From: Promethearchaeota archaeon
GTDB lineage: Archaea > Asgardarchaeota > Lokiarchaeia > Sigyniarchaeales > SOKP01
DNA length: 64,000 bases
NCBI GenBank assembly: GCA_019058365.1
Contig: JAHPZE010000003.1
Span: 1 to 64,000 of the forward strand
Direction: 5' to 3'
Shown here: positions 18,230-28,629 of the stretch, piece after piece
Numbering within the stretch: the first letter of the stretch is position 1
How the letters are laid out: each line of letters begins with the position of its first letter
The notes under the pieces: model-generated
Told to the model about the DNA's origin: nothing
Seen by the model: the letters and a program-made list of their open reading frames with translations, nothing else
Database searches by the model: none
Made by a program: the position numbers and the translations under genes

Positions 18230-19264
18230 TTATATTGAAAAGGATGCTGTTAGAATATTATCTTTATAATTTGCCTTTATTATTTTAGCAATTATTTCCT
18301 TTCGAATAAATTTTTCAGGATGAATGATTGATCTATTTAAGAGTACCTTTATACCATAATCATTATCAATTTTACCAATATATTCTCTTTTCCAACGTCC
18401 TTTAGATATAATTTCAAGTCTTATTAAATCATTTTTTTTTATATTCAAGGATGCTACAGTTATTCTTTTGTGAATTCCAAAATCTTGCGGGCCCAATTTT
18501 AATTTTATACTATAAATTTTTTCAAGTTTAGATAATTGTTTATAGAAATAATCCCAACTTTTTGGTCTGATTTTTTTTAATTTTCTACCAGTTTTATATA
18601 TCAAATATTTTTGAATACCAATCTGAATTTTTCTTTTAGAATATCCCATTTTCCTTAAATCTATGACATATTTTATTATATCTTCAATGTCGTTATCATT
18701 TTCCCCGGGAAACCATACAGGGGCAATTAATACATTAATTTTTGTATCTAATAAATGTAAAATGCTGTTTGTAAGATCGTCAATATTATAATTCTCACAA
18801 CCACAAAAAAAATTAGCTTTTTCTTTGTTTAAGGAATTTAAACTAATATTTATTCTTGATATTTTAACTTTTTCTAATTGGTTAATTATTTCTTCATTTA
18901 GTAATAACCCATTTGTTTGCATTGATATTATTTCAATTCCTTTTATTTTCCAAAGTTCCTTTATTAAATAGAATAATTTTGGATAAAGTAAAATTTCTCC
19001 ATAAGGTGCAAAATGGATTTCAATCTTATGTCGTCCTTTAGCTTCAACAACGTCCTCAATTTTTGCAAGCAAGTATTTAGGGTCAACAATAAAATTAGTT
19101 TCATAATCTCCAGCACTAACAAAACAATATTTGCATTTCAAGTTACATAAGGTTAGAGGTTTTACCTCAATAACATTAGTACCCCTATCAATTATACCAA
19201 AAAAATCAACGCCAAATAAGGGAATATCGGATTTATCATCTACATAAATAATTTCAGGAGTCAT
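18230..19264 (-). CDS. Radical SAM protein (archaeal family)
   Basis: CNLKCKYC; FGIIDRGTNVIEVKP. Confidence 0.85.
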   Translation of the reverse strand: MTPEIIYVDDKSDIPLFGVDFFGIIDRGTNVIEVKPLTLCNLKCKYCFVSAGDYETNFIVDPKYLLAKIEDVVEAKGRHKIEIHFAPYGEILLYPKLFYLIKELWKIKGIEIISMQTNGLLLNEEIINQLEKVKISRINISLNSLNKEKANFFCGCENYNIDDLTNSILHLLDTKINVLIAPVWFPGENDNDIEDIIKYVIDLRKMGYSKRKIQIGIQKYLIYKTGRKLKKIRPKSWDYFYKQLSKLEKIYSIKLKLGPQDFGIHKRITVASLNIKKNDLIRLEIISKGRWKREYIGKIDNDYGIKVLLNRSIIHPEKFIRKEIIAKIIKANYKDNILTASFSI

Positions 19265-19269
19265 ATCTA

Positions 19270-20364
19270 TTAAAGTTTATATCGTAAAATTCCTATTATT
19301 GAACCTAAATTTACCAATTGTTCTCCAGTGATATTCTCTGTACTCATAATATTTATTTCTCCACCAGAATTTTCAACACTGGATATAATTTCTTCTATTT
19401 TTAACTTGTGTTTTTTTGAAGAACCTCTAATTAATAGATCTGCTATTAATAGTTGTTTGATCGCGCCCCTTTCAGAAGCTTTAAACACTTCATCAAGGCC
19501 AATAACAATAAGATCAGCATCGTTAGCAAATTGGGTCATTATATTTTCGATCATCTCAGTTTCTTGAAGAACTTTAATTTTATTTTTAAGTTTTGCTAAC
19601 TTTTTTGATTTTAAGATTTCTCTAATTGCACTTTCAGTACCAGAACTTGCATGAGCCATTTCAATATTACCCTTAAAGTTAAAATTAGGATTCTTTTGAA
19701 GGAATTTAAGAAGGATTTCTTTAGTATTCCCAGGGCCACAAAAAATAAGTAAGTCTATGTTTGTATTTTTAACATTTTCAATTAATACTTTTAATATGTC
19801 GCTAAAGAATTCCTCTAAAGCCTTATTTCGATAAGTTTGTTCATATCTTTTACCAGGGATATTTTTTTTAATAGTAGCAATTCTATTATAGCTAAAATTT
19901 GTAATCAATGTTAAAGTTGCTAAACCCGTTTCAATTGCAGTAATTAACATAATAAAGTTAGCTTCGAACTTGGACGTTTCTTTCAGTCGGGCTACTTCAT
20001 GTTTTAACCAGTTTTCTTTGAATATTGTCAACTTTTGAGATACTTCTATGTTAAAAGTATGATAGGTTCCAAAACTAACAAAATCTTCGGGACCTTCTAA
20101 GATTTTGCCTTTTATTCTTAACCGATTTGAAAATTCATGAAAGGCAACATCTTCAACTTTCAATTTCAATCTCATTAATTTACGTTCACCTTTGGTTCCT
20201 TCTTTAAGAACGACTCTTCTGTGAGTTAGAGTAGTTACCTCATCATCTTTATTAATAATGTTATAAAGAGTCCATAAATCGTAGAGATTTTCAATTTTAA
20301 CAGCGATCTCTCCCTGTTTTTGATTAATATCCAGAATTTTCAAATCCTTAAACTGGCTCCACAC
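19270..20364 (-). CDS. pelA: Pelota ribosome-rescue factor
   Basis: DLWTLYN, LRIKGKI, G.YHT, IPGK and GPG motifs; eRF1-like three-domain layout. Confidence 0.9.
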   Translation of the reverse strand: MWSQFKDLKILDINQKQGEIAVKIENLYDLWTLYNIINKDDEVTTLTHRRVVLKEGTKGERKLMRLKLKVEDVAFHEFSNRLRIKGKILEGPEDFVSFGTYHTFNIEVSQKLTIFKENWLKHEVARLKETSKFEANFIMLITAIETGLATLTLITNFSYNRIATIKKNIPGKRYEQTYRNKALEEFFSDILKVLIENVKNTNIDLLIFCGPGNTKEILLKFLQKNPNFNFKGNIEMAHASSGTESAIREILKSKKLAKLKNKIKVLQETEMIENIMTQFANDADLIVIGLDEVFKASERGAIKQLLIADLLIRGSSKKHKLKIEEIISSVENSGGEINIMSTENITGEQLVNLGSIIGILRYKL

Positions 20365-20505
20365 GCGTTTATTAATATATTAATTTAATTTAATCTTACA
20401 GAAAAGCTTAATTTAATTTAGAAAGAATAAAAAATTGAGCAAAAATAAAATAAATATAAATAAAAAAGAATAAAAATTAACTGTGTAATAAATATCTAAA
20501 ACTAA

Positions 20506-20658
20506 TTACTTCTCTCCTAAGGCTGCTTTGACTTTTTCCAACTCTGCCATGCGTTTCTTTTTCTCTTCCTCTCTTCTTTTCATCTCTTCTTCATCAACTT
20601 TTTCTAATCTAACGCCTTTTTTAATTTCTTCTTGAAGTTCTTTATCTACTGGAGCCAC
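20506..20658 (-). CDS. 50-aa WH2-like peptide (not in ORF track)
   Basis: GTG start with AGGTG SD-like motif; MAPVDKELQEEIKKGVRLEKVDEEEMKRREEEKKKRMAELEKVKAALGEK*. Confidence 0.7.
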   Translation of the reverse strand: MAPVDKELQEEIKKGVRLEKVDEEEMKRREEEKKKRMAELEKVKAALGEK

Positions 20659-20751
20659 TCTTAACTAACACCTTATATTTTAATTGATCCAAAATAATTA
20701 AATTGATATTTACAGATATTATAATAGAATTTATTTATAAGTTTTGGTTTA

Positions 20752-21216
20752 TTAAGAGTCAAGATCGAGTTCCATTAAATACGCACTTTCCCCAGAGTGA
20801 TAATAGTTTTCTATAATTGATGGATTTCTTTTAAATTTGAATTTCTCATACATTTTAATCGCGATTAAATTACTGATTTGTACATTTAATACTATTTTTT
20901 TGATAGTCTTCAATTGTTTTATTTTATTTATTGTATGTTGTAGAAGATATGAACCATAACCACTATTTTGGAAATTGGGTTTAATAAGATAATTAATAAT
21001 ATTAGTTCTCTCTTTTGTTTCGTTTATAACTATTATAAAACCAATTAATTCTCTTTTTATTTTACCAATTTCTAATTTTAAAAAGAATGTGTGGTTCTCT
21101 ATTAATTTTTTCAATAGATGCTTCGAAAACGCATTCTCTTTAAAAACTTCTTGTTCAAGATTTACTATTTTTCTTAAATCTCTTGAATTTACATTACTAG
21201 TTATTAATGTAACCAT
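20752..21216 (-). CDS. GNAT N-acetyltransferase (RimI/Ard1-like)
   Basis: FQNSGYGSYLL acetyl-CoA loop; N..AI.MYEKF; ENYY..GE.AY.M. Confidence 0.85.
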   Translation of the reverse strand: MVTLITSNVNSRDLRKIVNLEQEVFKENAFSKHLLKKLIENHTFFLKLEIGKIKRELIGFIIVINETKERTNIINYLIKPNFQNSGYGSYLLQHTINKIKQLKTIKKIVLNVQISNLIAIKMYEKFKFKRNPSIIENYYHSGESAYLMELDLDS

Positions 21217-22348
21217 GTTCTTTTTTAAAAAGATTAATTGGGGTTTTTTCAGTTATTTGTTGATATTTTGATTGTCTAAAAGGTGTTATTTCAATAATAA
21301 AAGCTTCTAATTGATATTTTTCTAATAACACGTTTATTTGATTTTCGATTGCGATATAAAAAGGTATTTTAATATTTTTAAGATTATATGAGATTAATTT
21401 TTCAGATATTTTTAGTTCTGACAGTAAAATATTATATATCTTGTCCAATTCTTTTTTATCTCCTTCCACTTGTGCAAAAACTAAAAGACCTTCTTCTGTA
21501 ATTACTTCATAAGGTAATCTTATATTTTTAGCTCTTCTTAAATATCTATTTTTTAACTGATAATAATCTTTAGATTTAATTGAACAAAAATGCATTTTAA
21601 TAGAAACTTCTGAGCCTAGCTTACGAATTAAACGAAGAGCAGTTTCACGGCTATTTATTACAGAAGCAATGGAGCCTTTTTTCAATTGAAAGCCCCTTTC
21701 CTTTAGAGCTTGGCTGTTTGGAAAGCAAAATTCAAATTCGTTTAAATTGATGAAATCTGCGCCGATTTTGTCTAAATAAAGGATAAGATCCTCAAGATGT
21801 TCTTCACTTTCTTTATTTGGAATCACTGGCATTTCCACTCCCACTGAAATCTGTTTATTTAGAGCTTTTTCAATACGAGACCAATATTCTCTAGCTGGAT
21901 GAAATCTTATTTCATCTAGTCCTGCTAGAGAGAGAGCTTCCGCTTTAGCTTCATTAAAATCGATACCATTTGTATATAAATGAATGTGAAACTTTTTTCC
22001 TTTTTCTACCTTAATAAATTTAATATATTCAATAGTTTTTTCAAAATTTAGTTCTGAAAGTGGTTCTCCTCCCGTGATACTCATTCCTTCGGCTTTAATC
22101 ATATAGATTTCTTGAAGTAATTCTTGTTTAGTGTTTATTTCTATTTCATCAGCATAAGTTAGATTTTTTCCTCTCCTTTCTTCTGAAATTGGGCAATACC
22201 AAGAACAATGATAGGGTTTCTGGCAGATACCATTCAAAAACAAAACTAACTTACTTCCTTTAAGACAGTATTTACATCCTTTAGGAATACTCCTTCCTTT
22301 TATATAATAAGTTTCTCCATCTGATTTTACTAAATTTACTTTTTTCAT
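21197..22348 (-). CDS. Radical SAM protein
   Basis: CQKPYHCSWYC variant motif, TGGEP, HLYT, LDEIRFHP. Confidence 0.85.
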   Translation of the reverse strand: MKKVNLVKSDGETYYIKGRSIPKGCKYCLKGSKLVLFLNGICQKPYHCSWYCPISEERRGKNLTYADEIEINTKQELLQEIYMIKAEGMSITGGEPLSELNFEKTIEYIKFIKVEKGKKFHIHLYTNGIDFNEAKAEALSLAGLDEIRFHPAREYWSRIEKALNKQISVGVEMPVIPNKESEEHLEDLILYLDKIGADFINLNEFEFCFPNSQALKERGFQLKKGSIASVINSRETALRLIRKLGSEVSIKMHFCSIKSKDYYQLKNRYLRRAKNIRLPYEVITEEGLLVFAQVEGDKKELDKIYNILLSELKISEKLISYNLKNIKIPFYIAIENQINVLLEKYQLEAFIIEITPFRQSKYQQITEKTPINLFKKEHGYINN

Positions 22349-23052
22349 TTTTCAAATAATTTTTTTCTAATGATTGATTTCTTATCTGCCAATTGTTTTA
22401 AAACTTCTTCAGTAGTTTCATTAATCTGAAGTTGTCTTTTTAGAAATACTCCAGTTCTTCCATATTTTTCTCGTCTTAAAAGCACTTTTTTCCGCTCATT
22501 TACCATATCAATACTTATTCCCACTTCTTTAGCGCTATTAGCTTCGTTTCCTATCACTGAAATTTCCTCGTGTCCGTTAGAATTTGGTTTGATTAATACT
22601 AATCTCTTATCAATACCAACCACTCTTAATTCCGAATTCAACTGATCATAATTAACTTTTCCTCCAAAATCATAGAATTCCATCATTCTTTTATCCAATT
22701 TTGATAATGGAAGAGTTATAGTTTCTAATTCACTTAGATAGATATAAAGTTTTATTGAATCATGCGGTGTTGCCATTATGATTTCTCTAAAATAATTTTT
22801 AAAACCATTTTTATTTAAAATCAATTCAATCTGAAATGAGGGGATTTGCTGAAAAAATATGATATCAATATCGCTTGATTTATGTACGTCTCCGCGAGCG
22901 ATACTTCCGTGAATATATGGGGTGAATCCTTCTTTTATGAATACTTCTAATAATTTAAGTGCATCATTTCTTTCATTTTTTAAGAGAGTCCAATCATTTT
23001 CAGAATAATTAATTATTTCATTATGATTTCTTAAAATTTTCTCTTTTTTCAT
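22345..23052 (-). CDS. Pol-beta-superfamily nucleotidyltransferase
   Basis: HGSIARGDV..SDIDI; C-terminal GRTGVF. Confidence 0.85.
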   Translation of the reverse strand: MKKEKILRNHNEIINYSENDWTLLKNERNDALKLLEVFIKEGFTPYIHGSIARGDVHKSSDIDIIFFQQIPSFQIELILNKNGFKNYFREIIMATPHDSIKLYIYLSELETITLPLSKLDKRMMEFYDFGGKVNYDQLNSELRVVGIDKRLVLIKPNSNGHEEISVIGNEANSAKEVGISIDMVNERKKVLLRREKYGRTGVFLKRQLQINETTEEVLKQLADKKSIIRKKLFEK

Positions 23053-23061
23053 AAGTAAGAA

Positions 23062-23892
23062 TTAAGTTTTCGAACTCAATAATTTATTTTCAATTATATC
23101 TATTATGATGCTTAATACAATAGTCTCATAAAATTTAAAGGAGTGTTTGGCTTTATATATGGTTGAAAATTTTAAAATATGTGTGTATTGAGGATAAAAT
23201 TCTTTTAAATATATCTTTAAATTTCTATTTTTTAGTAAAAACATAGATTTTCTACTAAAAATTGTATATATTTGAGGATTGGTAGAGAATTCTTTAATAA
23301 TATCAAAATAATTCTTTAAATTTTGTCTATTTAGGTTTGGATTCACCAATATTATTCCGTTATTATTAATATCTGATAAAATCGCTTTGTAAGAAAGATA
23401 AGATTTTGAATAATTTAGTACTATATAATTAGTTTTTATAACAAGTTCTGCTTGATTAAAATATTCTCTTACAGTTGAAATAAGTGAGTTCCACTCATTT
23501 ATTAGTTCTTTTTCTATTACAACTTTCTTTGAAGAATGTTTTATTTTTACTTTGATATTAATAACATTAAAACCGTAACTAGATAAACCTTCGGTTAAAA
23601 TTCTCTGAAATTTTCTCTTATTATTCATTCTAATTACTAAAATAAGGGGATAATTGCTGACATTTACATTTGAATTTCTAGTGAAAGTCCATTTCTTTGT
23701 TAAAACTAACTGATTTTTGACTCTTTCATGAGCTTTGGGAAAATAGTAGTGATCTAGAGCTTGATTTGAAAAGGAATATCGCCATCGATGAGTTATTTTA
23801 AAAAATTTTACACTAAACAATAGAAGAAATAATAATACTATTATTATAGTATCTATGAAAATCCAATCAATATGGAAAATATCATCTAACAT
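23062..23892 (-). CDS. Membrane-anchored hypothetical protein
   Basis: N-terminal TM helix followed by an alpha/beta-like soluble domain. Confidence 0.6.
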   Translation of the reverse strand: MLDDIFHIDWIFIDTIIIVLLFLLLFSVKFFKITHRWRYSFSNQALDHYYFPKAHERVKNQLVLTKKWTFTRNSNVNVSNYPLILVIRMNNKRKFQRILTEGLSSYGFNVINIKVKIKHSSKKVVIEKELINEWNSLISTVREYFNQAELVIKTNYIVLNYSKSYLSYKAILSDINNNGIILVNPNLNRQNLKNYFDIIKEFSTNPQIYTIFSRKSMFLLKNRNLKIYLKEFYPQYTHILKFSTIYKAKHSFKFYETIVLSIIIDIIENKLLSSKT

Positions 23893-23913
23893 AAGTATAA
23901 TTAAAGAGATTTT

Positions 23914-24285
23914 TCATTTTTCAACAGCTTCCTTAATCCATTTAAGATATTTTTCAGAACCTTTTTCTAACTTAATTCCAATGCATTCTGGTACTGCATA
24001 TGAATGAATTTCACTTATTTTCTGAATTATTAAATCAGCTTTATTTTCTGTCGTTTTGATAAGTAATAAGTGTTCATTAGCTTCCTCGATCTTTCCTTTC
24101 CACCTATAGATAGAAAATACATTCTGAATGATATTGACACATGCAGCGAGCTTATGTTCTACTAAAATTTTTGATATCTTTTGACCTTCTTCAATATTTG
24201 GTACTGTCACAAGAAAAATAAAATAATTCATTGTAGTTCTTTTTTTGATTATTGTAATTTTGATTAATACAATACTTAATATCAA
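23914..24285 (-). CDS. cutA: CutA divalent-cation tolerance protein (true start probably at MNYF)
   Basis: LAACVN, SIYRWKG, HSY.VPEC, YLKWI. Confidence 0.9.
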   Translation of the reverse strand: MILSIVLIKITIIKKRTTMNYFIFLVTVPNIEEGQKISKILVEHKLAACVNIIQNVFSIYRWKGKIEEANEHLLLIKTTENKADLIIQKISEIHSYAVPECIGIKLEKGSEKYLKWIKEAVEK

Positions 24286-25211
24286 CTTTTTTAAGCTTTA
24301 TTGATCTTAACTGGTTCTTTTAGCCTATTTAAATAAATTGAAATTATTTAAGATACTTATCAAACACTGTAAAATTTAAGAATTATAATTGAATGAAAAT
24401 AATATAGAATTATTTGGAGTAATTATTTATCGAATCTTATAATAATTTCTTTTTTTCTTCTTCCTCCTTAAAAGAATCGACAAATCCCTTTAACTCTTGC
24501 CTAGTTAAAATATTTTCATGATTAATTACCTCAAGACACTGTTTATCAAAATCTAATTTACATTTATTATAAGAAATGAAATCATCATATTCTATGTTAT
24601 TTTCATTATCACTTGCACTGAAAGTGATAGAAAGGGCAATTGAAATAACCATAGAAACGTTTTCGCTTTTAAAACTATATGAAGAACAAGCAGGAATATT
24701 ACTCAGCATGAAGAACCATGAAGTAGCTTAAAATGTTATAAAAAAAGCTAGGCAACAATATCCATACAAAGAGATATATCCTAATTTATGTTAAAATTTT
24801 CTATTATGCTTTTAAAATTAACGTGATTAAATTTAAATTCTCATTTTATATTATAATTTAAATAAGAGATTATAGATTGAATATTATATCTATTCAAAAT
24901 ATTGTGCATATCAAATACCCTTATTGTAGGTTTTGAGTAGAAATTGATAGAAAATGCCAACTTTGTCCAATTTGTGGGGGATCTTTAAACTCTTTATATA
25001 AATTTAATTTAGATCGGTAATATCAGTAAAAACTCTGAAGTTTTAAAATTTTTATTTTGTATCTTTTAAATTATAGAAGAGTTGGATTAAGATTCTTAAA
25101 TTGATGTCAATTTCATTTTAAAAAAATTGGATCTAAATACATATAAAGAAATTTAAATTAGTATAATTCTATTAAATATACAATTAAGATATTATACTAA
25201 GGTATGGAAAA

Positions 25212-25937
25212 TTGTTACATAATGTTTATCTTATACACCAGCACACCGGCATATGTTTAATACATCGGAAGTATGGGAGTATAGAATTTAACCAAGATTT
25301 AGTATCAGGATTCTTAACGGCCCTAAAAGATTTTTCTGTTGAATTCTCTAAAGGTAGTGGGGAACTTAAAGTAATCGATATGCAAATTTTTTACTTATTG
25401 TTAGTCTTTAAAGAGGGCGTGCTAATAACTGCCGCAGCCGATAAAAATGATGATGCTAAGATAACGCATAGGGCGTTAACTGATATTATTGATAAATTTG
25501 TTTCTCAGTATGGGGATCGACTTGAGAGTTGGTCTGGTGACGTCCGTATCTTTCGGAATTTTGACCAGATTATTGATGATATTTTACAAATTGGTAGAAT
25601 CGCAGAGATTCAATTGAAACTTCCAATTTTGAAGATTTTCAAGAAAGATTTTCAAAAATCTCAGAAGCAGATTGCGAAGAAGGGTTTAGTGTTGTCAAAG
25701 GAGGATTTACGCGATGTTAGGGATGTGAAGCCAGAGTGGACTGAAAAGAGGTTGCCTAAGCAAATAGTTACTCAAGGATTCTTAGACAAAAAAGAGTATA
25801 AGATAGCTCATTTAGCGGATGGATTTCATACGATTTCTGAGATAGCTGAGGAGAGTGGATGTCCAGAGGGAGAGATTCAACGTATTATAGGGAGTTTAGA
25901 TGATTTAGGATTACTTTCATTTATTGAAATTAAATGA
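25212..25937 (+). CDS. Longin-domain protein with C-terminal winged helix
   Basis: VYLIH..GICLI...DLVSGFLTAL..F..E longin pattern; C-terminal DG..TI.EIA...L..LGLL. Confidence 0.75.
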   Translation: MLHNVYLIHQHTGICLIHRKYGSIEFNQDLVSGFLTALKDFSVEFSKGSGELKVIDMQIFYLLLVFKEGVLITAAADKNDDAKITHRALTDIIDKFVSQYGDRLESWSGDVRIFRNFDQIIDDILQIGRIAEIQLKLPILKIFKKDFQKSQKQIAKKGLVLSKEDLRDVRDVKPEWTEKRLPKQIVTQGFLDKKEYKIAHLADGFHTISEIAEESGCPEGEIQRIIGSLDDLGLLSFIEIK

Positions 25938-26063
25938 TGCATAAATCTATTTTTTTTGAAATCTAAATCTTCTACTAATCTTGTAATTGAATTCTTTATT
26001 TTTTGACATTTTATAGCATTAAATGAAAATATTTTTGAAAATTGTTTTACTTATAAAGTTAAG

Positions 26064-27536
26064 ATGAATGTTAATAAAATTGATGACAACATCTTCGAGA
26101 TTCCTCCAAAAACTTTAATGGTAAGGATTAAAGGAAATATTGAGAAATTTCAGATGAGAGTTCCGGTTAAAATTTATGCGAATGATTATATTTTAGAAAA
26201 AATTAGGTTAGATCGTACCTTAGATCAAATTTGCAATGTTGCATGCTTGCCTGGGATACAGAAACATGCCATTGCTCTTTCAGATGCCCATCAAGGTTAT
26301 GGCTTTTGTATAGGGGGCGTTGCTGGAACTGATGCGGAAAATGGGATGATTTCTCCCGGTGGTGTTGGCTATGATATTAATTGTGGTGTGAGATTACTGA
26401 GAACTAATTTATTTTTTAAAGACATTAAGGTTGTACTTCCAAATCTATTAGATTCAATCTTCAATAATATTCCTTCGGGTTTAGGATCAAAAGGCAAATT
26501 AAACATAAGTTATTCAGATTTAGATAATGTATTAAATAACGGTGTGAATTGGGCATTAGATAATGGATATGCTGATGCAGAAGACCATAAACATTTGGAA
26601 GAGAATGGATGTTTAAAGGATGCAGATGCTAGCTTAGTTTCTCAAAAAGCAAAACAACGTGCAATTAAACAGCTTGGTTCTTTAGGGAGTGGAAATCATT
26701 TTCTTGAAATACAAAAAGTTGATGAGATTTATAATAAGAATATCGCGAAAACCATGGGAATACATGAAAAGAATCAAGTCACTGCTATGGTCCATACAGG
26801 AAGTAGAGCTCTTGGCCATCAAGTATGTACCGATTCTTTGCGTAGTATCGAACAAGCAATGAAAAAATATAATATAAATGTTCCTGATAGAGAATTAGCA
26901 TGTGTTCCAGCAGATAAACCTGAAGCTCAGAATTATTTAAAACAAATGGCTTGTGCAGCTAATTTTGGGTTTACAAATCGTCAATTGATTACTCACTGGT
27001 TAAGAGAATCCTTTCAAAATACCTTTAAAAAGGATATTGACGATTTAGATCTCCATCTAATATATGGTGTCTGCCATAATATTTTAAAAATAGAAGAACA
27101 TGAAATTGATGGAAAAAAAATGAAATTGAATATTCATAGAAAAGGAGCAACAAGAGCTTTTCCCCCAGAACATCCTGATATACCTTCTGAATATAAATCT
27201 ATAGGGCAACCCGTATTAATCCCCGGAACTATGGGATCTGCATCCTATCTCTGTGTGGGTAAAAAGAAGGCTATGGACCTTTCATTTGGTTCTACTGCTC
27301 ATGGTTCTGGGAGAATTATGTCTAGATCTAAAGCTATTAAGAAATACTGGGGAGAGGAAGTCAAAGATAATCTAAGTAAGCAAGGTATTTTGGTGCGAGC
27401 TGCTTCGATGAAAGTAATCGCTGAGGAGGCTCCAGGTGCATATAAAGATATAGATCAAGTTGTTCAAGTTAGTCATGATCTCGGAATCGTTGAAAAAATA
27501 GTGAGATTAGTACCTATAGGTGTAGTAAAGGGATAA
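26064..27536 (+). CDS. rtcB: RNA-splicing ligase RtcB
   Basis: DAHQGYGF, GVGYDINCG, GSGNHFLE, HRKGAT, HGSGR, EEAPGAYK. Confidence 0.97.
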   Translation: MNVNKIDDNIFEIPPKTLMVRIKGNIEKFQMRVPVKIYANDYILEKIRLDRTLDQICNVACLPGIQKHAIALSDAHQGYGFCIGGVAGTDAENGMISPGGVGYDINCGVRLLRTNLFFKDIKVVLPNLLDSIFNNIPSGLGSKGKLNISYSDLDNVLNNGVNWALDNGYADAEDHKHLEENGCLKDADASLVSQKAKQRAIKQLGSLGSGNHFLEIQKVDEIYNKNIAKTMGIHEKNQVTAMVHTGSRALGHQVCTDSLRSIEQAMKKYNINVPDRELACVPADKPEAQNYLKQMACAANFGFTNRQLITHWLRESFQNTFKKDIDDLDLHLIYGVCHNILKIEEHEIDGKKMKLNIHRKGATRAFPPEHPDIPSEYKSIGQPVLIPGTMGSASYLCVGKKKAMDLSFGSTAHGSGRIMSRSKAIKKYWGEEVKDNLSKQGILVRAASMKVIAEEAPGAYKDIDQVVQVSHDLGIVEKIVRLVPIGVVKG

Positions 27537-27566
27537 ATAATTCAACTTTAAAATTGTACATTTGTT

Positions 27567-28004
27567 CTAAATGTCAAATACAATATTTATTTTAACTCCA
27601 TTCTTTTTTTCTTCGATTTTCATAAAAGAATAAGTTATAGCTTTAACTTCAGTGCCTGCTTCATGTTTGTTCGTATTAAATTTTTCTCCTTTTAAATTTG
27701 CTTCTAAACAAAATTTTTCCTGATTATGTTTTATTGGGTGAATTTTAATCTTACTAAAAATAAGCTCCTCCACATCAAATAAATAAAGAAATTCAGTTAA
27801 AAAATCAAATAATAATGCTTCTTTATCTTCTGCTTCGATTATTATGGTTCTTTCAATTTCTGGTGATATTGTTATTAAACTAGGAGTAATTGTTTCCATT
27901 AAACTATAAGCCGTTTGTTCAAAAGCCTCTTCCAAGTTTTTGCCTTTAGCTTCGACAGAAACATCAGCAGTATGATTTAAAAACCTATAACCAGTATTCC
28001 TCAT
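27567..28004 (-). CDS. Archease (RtcB cofactor)
   Basis: HTAD...EVKAITY...VFDI. Confidence 0.95.
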   Translation of the reverse strand: MRNTGYRFLNHTADVSVEAKGKNLEEAFEQTAYSLMETITPSLITISPEIERTIIIEAEDKEALLFDFLTEFLYLFDVEELIFSKIKIHPIKHNQEKFCLEANLKGEKFNTNKHEAGTEVKAITYSFMKIEEKKNGVKINIVFDI

Positions 28005-28110
28005 ATATTATTACCTAATTGAGTAGAATTGTAATGTATGATATATATAACATTTTTGTAATTATATAGATTTCTTAGTAGTTTAAATTGATTATAGAAA
28101 ATAATACAGT

Positions 28111-28611
28111 ATGTTCTATACGATTGCGGATGATTTGATATTTTATCAATTATTATCGTTTATTAAGAAATATAAAAATTTTGAGCTTAAATTACGAGAA
28201 TATTTTTACTCTCGTACAAATGGTATATATCCAGAATTTATTGTGGTAATTAACCAGTTTATCTTCTTTTTTATTAAAAAGGAGAATTATTTTAGTGCTA
28301 AAATGTATTTAGACGGTATGAGAAGGGAAATCACCGAAAGAAAAATTTTAATCATAAGGACAGAGAGAATTCTGATGAATTTACTTTTTAGTTTCTTCCC
28401 TGATTTAATTATTGATAATGTAAAAGTAGAATCTGATAACGAATCTGGGAGGAGAGAAATATCTATATACTTTTTATTTTATAAAGAAAGAGGGATTGCG
28501 ATCGGTCGTAACGGAGATTATATTAGAGCAGTAAATGAAATTTTTAAAAATTATGTTGTTTTTGAAAACAGAAATACTCCATTACAAGTCAAATGTAAAT
28601 TTAAGGATTAA
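28111..28611 (+). CDS. NusA-like KH-domain protein (divergent)
   Basis: C-terminal KH motif RGIAIGRNG. Confidence 0.65.
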   Translation: MFYTIADDLIFYQLLSFIKKYKNFELKLREYFYSRTNGIYPEFIVVINQFIFFFIKKENYFSAKMYLDGMRREITERKILIIRTERILMNLLFSFFPDLIIDNVKVESDNESGRREISIYFLFYKERGIAIGRNGDYIRAVNEIFKNYVVFENRNTPLQVKCKFKD

Positions 28612-28629
28612 CATCAATTTACGGTTATA

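Noticed and set aside
24437-24709. 90-aa minus-strand ORF
   Set aside because: Lies in the decayed region with no clear family; probably a fragment
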